In this document: piece after piece, positions 57,601 to 64,000 of the stretch
Position numbering within the stretch: position 1 is the first letter of the stretch
How the letters are laid out: each line of letters opens with the position of its first letter
Origin: Styela clava
Lineage: Eukaryota
Length of the DNA: 64,000 nucleotides
Direction: 5' to 3'
Assembly (NCBI RefSeq): GCF_964204865.1
Contig: NC_135252.1
Location: 7,068,001-7,132,000, forward strand
The notes under the pieces: model-generated
Database searches by the model: none
Seen by the model: the letters and a program-made list of their open reading frames with translations, nothing else
Told to the model about the DNA's origin: nothing
Position numbers and translations under genes: made by a program

Positions 57601-58792
57601 ACTCGGCGGCGTTTAATTAATTTTAAGACATGGTCGGTGGAAAAATTTCAAGGTCGACGAAAAAAGTACAATTCATTTTAGTGCAATAAAAATGATTGAA
57701 CATACGTCACATTAAGTAGCTTATTATTGTAATCCGGGGAAACGTCGGGTGCCGCCAGGCGGGAGTTCAAGAATGAATAATTGAATGGTCCAACTTCAAT
57801 GACTACGGTATAGTTTTCAACTAATCACAATGATTCGGCCATATCATTGTCTAAAATAACATTTGGTGTTTTCGATATACTTCAGGTATTTCAGGTATAT
57901 AACATCGTTCTCAGTCCCAGTACTCACTGTCTGCATACGCATCGCCAATCCTGCGCTTTTGCTCGGTCTCCCCGTTCAACGTCACGCACTTTTGCGCAAC
58001 CTTACTCCTTTTTGTTACAATTTAATATCTTGTACAACTCAATTCCTATATAGACAGGATATATCCTACTCTCAACCTCTATAAATTGTATTCTACATTA
58101 TTTTAAATCTTAATCATATCTCATTTAGACACTCGCACCTCGACTGTCAAATGGTTAATACGTTTACCAAAATTTAATGAAGTAAATTTTGTTTGCTTGT
58201 CAAGAGATTTTGCAGAAGAGTTTGAATACTTTGAAACAAACCATTATTCTTTAAGAAAAAGGATATGTCACCTGTTCTAATTTTTTTTTATACAACACAA
58301 TTGTATGTTGTTTACTCTGAAAAAGGCTCCGCATAAGCAGCCGCTGTTAGGTGAAGAGCTAATTTATTTTAGAATGATTTTTATCATAAACATAGCATGA
58401 GTTGAACTACACTCAATATGCTTACTTTAACCATTTGCTCCACAATATTTATCTACCCTAACTCAGAACAATGCAACAAGTGTACTAACATTGTGACATG
58501 TGACTCTGTGAGGCACAGCATTTTTGAGACACCCCTAAAATATCAGAATAAGGTGATTTTAAAGTTACAAAACATAATATAGAAAGTTCTAACTTACCAC
58601 TGCCATAGACTGTGCTGGTTGTGATTCCACTTGCACCCAAACACTATCTGATAATATACCTTCTGGTCTTCCATTGAATATGTTTTTATCAACCAAAGGT
58701 AAAGATGTTGGAGTGGTGGGAAGAACTCGTATCTGTTTGGACACTGACATTTGAACAGCAGCCAACTGCTTTGAGCTACCCCTTTTTTGCAT
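42660..58792 (-). CDS. CCDC15: Coiled-coil domain-containing protein 15-like (centriolar), 11 coding exons, ~582-587 aa
   Basis: Exons (minus): 58598-58792 (…RPEGILSDSVWVQ, same spacing as human RNEAIVPVGAWVE), 48716-48865 (EKEMKLKEFQRNVQKRV), 47977-48132, 47730-47903 (LPGGFWG), 46774-46924, 46489-46702, 45665-45798, 45061-45217 (or -45202; RRVFSDMEREKVRE), 44245-44415, 43280-43428 (ITLPPLCCCSTTFWGTNPYTCANNCLFYRN, the CCDC15 C-terminal signature), 42660-42772 (AYTVALQSVL...stop). All phases are compatible; exon 1 is less certain than the rest. Confidence 0.85.
46319..46453. mobile_element. Short hAT MITE
   Basis: Ends caggatggtcc / ggaccaccctg; 8-bp TSD gcctatat / gcctatac. Confidence 0.75.
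47178..47270 (+). repeat. tRNA-derived SINE-like head
   Basis: A-box-like gtgacgtagtggtta and B-box-like gttcaaactcc at plausible spacing; I could not fold a full cloverleaf. Confidence 0.4.
50265..50612. mobile_element. TA-TSD MITE, family A copy 2
   Basis: ccatatatcctcgcatataagc...ggtcggcttatatgc...gaggatatatgg, homologous to 3421-3639. Confidence 0.65.
51008..51018 (-). promoter_or_regulatory. Overlapping AATAAA poly(A) signals ~100 nt downstream of the GBA stop
   Basis: Plus-strand tttattttatt equals two overlapping AATAAA on the minus strand; chance occurrence is possible in AT-rich DNA. Confidence 0.45.
51115..52661 (-). CDS. GBA: Lysosomal glucosylceramidase (GH30), intronless, with one frameshift at ~52415-52460; ~515 aa if corrected
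   Basis: Signal peptide and CVVRKYGSDSSVCVCNSTYCD lie in ORF 52341-52661. YQAIKGFGGALTDAA and the catalytic domain lie in the -1 frame (ORF 51115-52317): ASPWTAPAWMKT, QNEP (acid/base Glu), GVHWY, ATEAC (nucleophile Glu), GWVDWN, GGPNWVKN, FYKQPMFYHLGHFSK. Confidence 0.93.
52680..52687 (-). promoter_or_regulatory. Splice acceptor (TATTTCAG) 18 nt upstream of the GBA ATG
   Basis: Minus strand ATGTATTTCAG|GATTTACTAAGCACAATAATG; identical to the TATTTCAG acceptor of CCDC15 exon 3. Confidence 0.6.
53025..55632. mobile_element. Palindromic MULE-like MITE (~420 bp) split by a nested insertion
   Basis: The left arm (gggtctcgtgtagtttc...ttctagtaggcgta|gcataacaat...ccatccaaaaattacgtcactacgacgtcac) is the reverse complement of the right arm; 9-bp TSD ctagcttgg / ctagtttgg. 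Confidence 0.8.
53060..55246. mobile_element. 2.19-kb non-autonomous TA-TSD DNA transposon (Tc1/mariner-pogo-like ends)
   Basis: 25-bp TIR ccgtaaacgcaggtaacttcggatg / catccgaagttacctgcttttacgg, TA duplicated, subterminal aacttcggatg copies at both ends, no transposase ORF seen. Confidence 0.85.
55939..55952 (-). promoter_or_regulatory. CTCF-like motif
   Basis: Minus strand CCGCTAGATGGCAC closely matches the CTCF core consensus; motif evidence only. Confidence 0.4.
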
Positions 58793-61700
58793 GTTGAAAA
58801 TTTGATATCTACACTTTCAATATGAAAAAGTAACAAAAACTATTACTGTAGCTTAAATTAATAAAAATATCTAAAAAAAAAATTTGGAGATCAACCATAT
58901 TACAGGTTTGTCATGTTTCAATTTACTTTTCCCCATTTCTTAAAAAATTAATGTTTTTTTAAAATGATTAAAGTTTTTGATAAATTCCAAAAAATTACAG
59001 GATTTATATAAAAATAATGTTTCTGTGTCATATATAGAGAACTGAATATCGCAATAGACACATAGCACATGAATATTTGATTATTCTTGTCTCGCTATAT
59101 ATTTTATGTTAATAAAAGAAAGGAGAATGCGATACTATACATACACAGAGAATTTGAAACTACTGTATTAGAAAGACCAGCGGTTCATGGAGCCAGAGAG
59201 GTCCACACAAAGACTTTTGGGATTCCACTGACTTTGCATGCCTAAGATGAAAATAATAGCAAAATAAAACTACATGCTATTGTGTTCCAGCTTGAATAAA
59301 ACTAATAAAATATAAGACAGCTCTAAAACATGGGCTACATGGCAAGACAGACAAGATCATATGAGCAAATATAGTTTTCGACAGAGAAATTCTTACAATC
59401 TTATATTATTCTCCAAATTCAGAAATTCGAAACAATCCATGTGTATGTATAATGACTGAATTTGAAGCATTGTTTCTAGTGATACCACTTGCTGACTCGT
59501 GCAAAACACTATCAAAATACAGCCAGTTTCATTCAAATGTTGAAATGGGGTCAACAAATTTCATACAAATAATTGAGAGGGTTCATAGCACTAAAAAATT
59601 TGGGAATCACTGCAGTGCACAAGGGTAGGGAAGCTAAATCTAATATCTAGTGCTTTTGAAATAATTTTAGTTATATTCAGATATTACAGTATTAAAATTT
59701 TTCATTCTTTCTGAAGTAACAAATTCATTCTCTATATAAATATTTTGGATATTATAAATGCTAAATGCTTTCTGCTGAACTCCCCCAGCTTAGAATATAG
59801 ACTATTCAAAGGATAATTTATATTTAAAAATATATTTTTAGAATGTACCGTACAGTACCTTATTCTTTTTTTTTGCTTGGCGATACACTGATACAGCTGT
59901 CAGGCTGTACATGGATATCTAGCCGAGTACGGTACCTACAGATCTCGGGATGCACTGCTGTGTAATTAATCCTCAAATAGGATAATAAAATGGAATGCCT
60001 TTTCTCATAATTACACTAAAATATCTAAATCCATCACATGCAATCACATCCAGACATATGGCAAACGAACGAATAGCCTACTTATCCATGAAAATATTGC
60101 ACCTCCGGGTAGTTTCTGAATTTTTAGGTTTGAAATTCCCTCCGTTGTTTTCGTGCTGCAATATGACTCATCAGTGACACCACGCGGTGTAAAGGTATAG
60201 TATTTATTTGTTGCAACTGCGGTGCGCATTTTGCATTTGTAATATTTAAATCAAAGTAATAAAAAAAGAACCAAATCCGTTCAAGAGGAATCAATCTCAT
60301 ATTCAATTTCCAACATTGTATTATAATTCGTATGCACCAATCAAATCTTGTAAATATCACTACAAATATAGTTTTCTGTAGCTGTTTTCCCTTGTAAGGT
60401 TATTTGGCTGTTTACGTTAGTGACCCGATTTGCGACCACTTTGCGCGGTACCGGTATCACTCCGTCTCTACTCTCTACCCAAATGTCCTAATTCATGAAT
60501 TGGTCCGGCATCACACAGTCAGGACTCGTTTACACTCGATATGAACAAACCTGGTGCAGCAGTAGGGCTAGGGGCTAAGGCAGTACAGAAGTATGTCCGT
60601 GTGTCATGTCAGCCTTGTCATGTCCTGACCTTGCAACATTTTTTGCCATACAAGATTTTAATAAGGATTATCCAAAGTCCAAATCAAATTGAGTAAACGA
60701 CTCGAATTTTCCAACGCTGTAGTTAATGCAGGAAATGGTAATAATTATTATTTAAATTCAGTATACCAGTATACAATGACTGAATGAACAAACTATAGAA
60801 CCTGAACTAGTCTATTATTTTTTATTCATATTCCATTGTATACATGACTTATTGCAGGAAATAAATGTATTCCTAATAAATATCGATTGCTGAGAAAAGT
60901 TGCATTGCCTGATAATTACTCAAACCCATTGCTGCATTGAGTTTAAGTGAGGTAGGTTAATATTGATATACATTCCTATTATCTGGTTCTGCCACGGGAC
61001 GAAATCAAGAAGTGTGGGAAGTCTCTGGGTCAACTATTACTGAATTCAAATAAGGTATTGCTTATATTATCTAAGCTGTAACTTGCATGCTAACTTTATA
61101 CAGTTTCAGAATTTTGAGCTGCATGAATCCAATTAACATAGCATGGTGAGCAATCAATAATATCACTCTGAAAATAATGTTGTATTGTCATACTACAGTA
61201 CATATATTCAACTGTTCTAAACTATTTATGTTTAAATTTTTGAAATTAATTTTATCACATCTCATTGGTAGTCATTGCAGAGAAAATTTGTTTAAATGAA
61301 ATGTAATTTCAATCTACTTCTGTTGAAAAATTATTTTTAAGAATTCAATCATTTGGACTTTCTAATGTTTTGCAAGATTAAACATTACTTAGGATTTATA
61401 AGGATTTAGTGCAAAAATAGATTTTTCATTGTCAGATTTTTTTATTTGTATTAGAAATTTTTATGAGGTAAAATTTTAAAACAAGATTTTAACGTGTAAC
61501 ACTTAGCATTTTTAGCCATTGTCTTATATTAATCGAGCGAGAATGTGTAAGAACATTATCTTATTTTGATATTAAGTTTTGAGGTGAAAAAAATGAGACT
61601 TAGTTAGATAAAGATATTTACTTGAAGTTGGAAGTAATTTCTGTTTTTTTTATTTCAAGGAGTTTTTATAAATAAAATTTATTTGCAGGCATCTAGTTAT

Positions 61701-62360
61701 TCTAAAATTTTCAATAGGCTACAAATAATAATTATGTTTCATTAATGGCAGGAATTTGAGGACCAGATTTCCAATCCAAGTTTTTTTTATATTAGTTCAT
61801 CTTTACTGGAATATACCGTAGTTTTTTCTTGTTGTACTAATAAGAAGGCTACTGATGCATTTTATGCTTCAATCCTTCGCTATTTTATATTGTGTTATAC
61901 TTATTTCAGCATTTACTTAATATTATTTTTGCACTTGATATGAAATAAGCTTTCTTGCAATATCAAGCTTTTTAATTTATATAAAATGAGATAATCAATG
62001 GCAGACATGGAGGGTTGTTGAGCATTGTCTGAGGTTACTTTATGGATAACCATAGCGACAACATCAATCTTTAACCACTGAAAATGTACCTCGTATTTGG
62101 GCATACATGTGTTCAGTAATTCGAAAGAAACCAAACAAGTTTAGATTAATTGTTTTTGACCTATTCACATTATCTTTTGTTCTTTCCATTCTTCACATTA
62201 AATTTTAGGTATGTTAATTATAAATATTGTGAAATGGTATTATAATGGTTCTGACACATTGTATCCCTAGATTGTATCTCTATGTATTTCCAATATAGAA
62301 ATTCAGTATTTTTAGTAATAAAATTGATAAGCAAACATGTTCCACTTTCGTTTAGTATCT

Positions 62361-63391
62361 TCATTCATTCACTTCATGCCTTAGATTAGGATTTCTTAGG
62401 AACGCAAAATTTAGGATATTGTAGGTAAACAAATATTCATCCCAGGTATAGGAAAGCTGATACTGAGGACCAATATCATGCGTCCCATTTACCAGTCCAC
62501 ATTGATCATGAAACAGATGAACAGATAACAAATCGTCATGACGATAGTCTTTGGATGGGTGGGAATAGGCAAAATCTGACAAGTGAACTGTCCAGTGCCA
62601 CTATTTCTTGGCACGTTCCACTAGGATTCTAACCTATACTGGCTATACATGATAGGTAATCAGTGGTACAGTGGAAAAGAATGTACCTAAATCGTGTCCA
62701 ACCTTTGATCTCTGAGGTCTGATTCTCCCACCTATGAAAAAAATCATTTTATAGAAAAAATAAATAAAATATGTGCTCTCACACATTCCCCTATTACCTT
62801 TCTTGTTGTGTTGTCATTTCTATGTATGTAACTCAAGGTTTGTTTTTAATCCGCTCTGGCCATAATTCCCATATTTGACCACTGGCATAAAAAGAGCAAC
62901 CAAATCTATAAATAGGATTGAGTATAAAAATAGGTACACATCATTAACATAATGAGAATTATAAATAGCAGAGGAATTCATTAATGTGTAACCAGATTAG
63001 CCTTTTTATTGGGCACAAAGTGGACCTGTGGGTTGTTTTGTAATGTTGTTTGTTGGTATTTATCTTCTTGTTGTTAACCTATGAAAAATTTTTCTCATTA
63101 ACTACTGAATCAATTGCTTTTAAATTTTCGATTATATTCACGTAGTACTTCATTTTTGTCGTTGTGTTCATATATTTTGAGCATCGATCTCTTGTTTATT
63201 TATTTTATACTGATGGTGGCGCACATCAGCAAATATTTGTTCGGACGTATTACCTATGTATCCAATAGCAATCCTTGCAATAAATCACGGTGGTCACAAA
63301 TAAAAAACTATAGTAATGCTCCAACAAATGTCATATGAAGATGTATCTGTGTATTACAAGAACCAGCGAAGTTCAGAATGAGATATCTGGA
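62361..63391 (-). pseudogene. Spliced-looking multi-exon region without a continuous ORF (decayed gene or lncRNA)
   Basis: Consensus acceptors and donors define candidate exons 63254-63391, one starting at 63078, 62798-62905 and one starting at 62731 (66-nt intron 62732-62797); the two bounded exons contain stops in every frame. Confidence 0.35.
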
Positions 63392-64000
63392 CTGAGAAAA
63401 AATTTAAATGGAAAAAGGAATAACCTTCTAGCGACTTCTTTCTTATTTAAGTACTAAATATTTAAATCGATTGCTTCATCAGTTGTGGAGAAACGCATTT
63501 TTTTTTAACAATCTAAACAAGAAAAACAACTTAGCAAAACGATCTCATAGTTCCACTTCATGTTGAATGAAAATGAGTTTTTTTAATTATTTTACGACGT
63601 CGTTCCTGTAATATAAAATTTGAATTCAGTACTAAACCACCCCAGACATGCTAGCGATTTGTAAAGCAATATAATTAATTGTATTATTTGGAATATTAAG
63701 CCGCAATATTTTATTCCCATGTTCTGAACTTTGCTTTTGTGTCTGTACCCTGCTTTGTTTTAAAATATTGACGTCGAGATTACTTGTGTGATTTCGATTA
63801 TTTATAATTTTGTGTATGTGTTTAATAGTTTTGTGTTGTAACAAAAAATTGAATGGACTGGCGCAAATTACTGTTTCAAATTAAATTGGAATATATCCAT
63901 TCTCCCGATAACAATCCCGATAAATTGAACTGGAAAAATCCAATTTCCCGTTACCGAGATTTGCGGAAATTTTATTTTTAGGGGAACTATTCGAATGAAA

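Noticed and set aside
32600-58158. Inverted 14-bp match ttaaccatttgaca (32600-32613) / tgtcaaatggttaa (58145-58158), resembling piggyBac ends with TTAA around a 25-kb cargo
   Set aside because: The match is short, no transposase was found, and the right end falls inside CCDC15 intron 1 so the unit would split a gene; more likely orphan ends of separate copies or chance.

Overview
AT-rich eukaryotic genomic DNA with GT-AG spliceosomal introns. It is an invertebrate animal with chordate-like proteins; an ascidian/tunicate is my inference and is unproven. I assembled four protein-coding genes by hand from splice sites and reading-frame phase. (1) Paxillin, minus strand, 11 coding exons, 2640-20280, about 465 aa, LD1-LD5 plus 4 LIM domains. 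(2) Mitochondrial glutaminase, plus strand, 12 exons, 33679-40540, about 506 aa, no C-terminal ankyrin repeats found. (3) CCDC15-like centriolar coiled-coil gene, minus strand, 11 exons, 42660-58792, about 585 aa. (4) An intronless GH30 glucocerebrosidase (GBA), minus strand, 51115-52661. The most notable architecture: GBA is nested on the same strand inside the ~9.7 kb first intron of CCDC15, has its own splice acceptor in frame with CCDC15 exon 1, has its own poly(A) signal, and is split by one -1 frameshift whose overlap window contains an in-phase A-AAA-AAG slippery heptamer. The glutaminase naturally carries residues matching known mammalian regulatory mutants (K320A, Y394L). The rest holds a decayed hAT transposon, many MITEs (hAT, Tc1/mariner-like, MULE-like, one nested insertion), SINE-like fragments, a 2.35 kb tandem duplication, short tandem duplications and two pseudogene-like stretches. 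All coordinates were read by eye; protein identities come from recalled sequences, not database searches.
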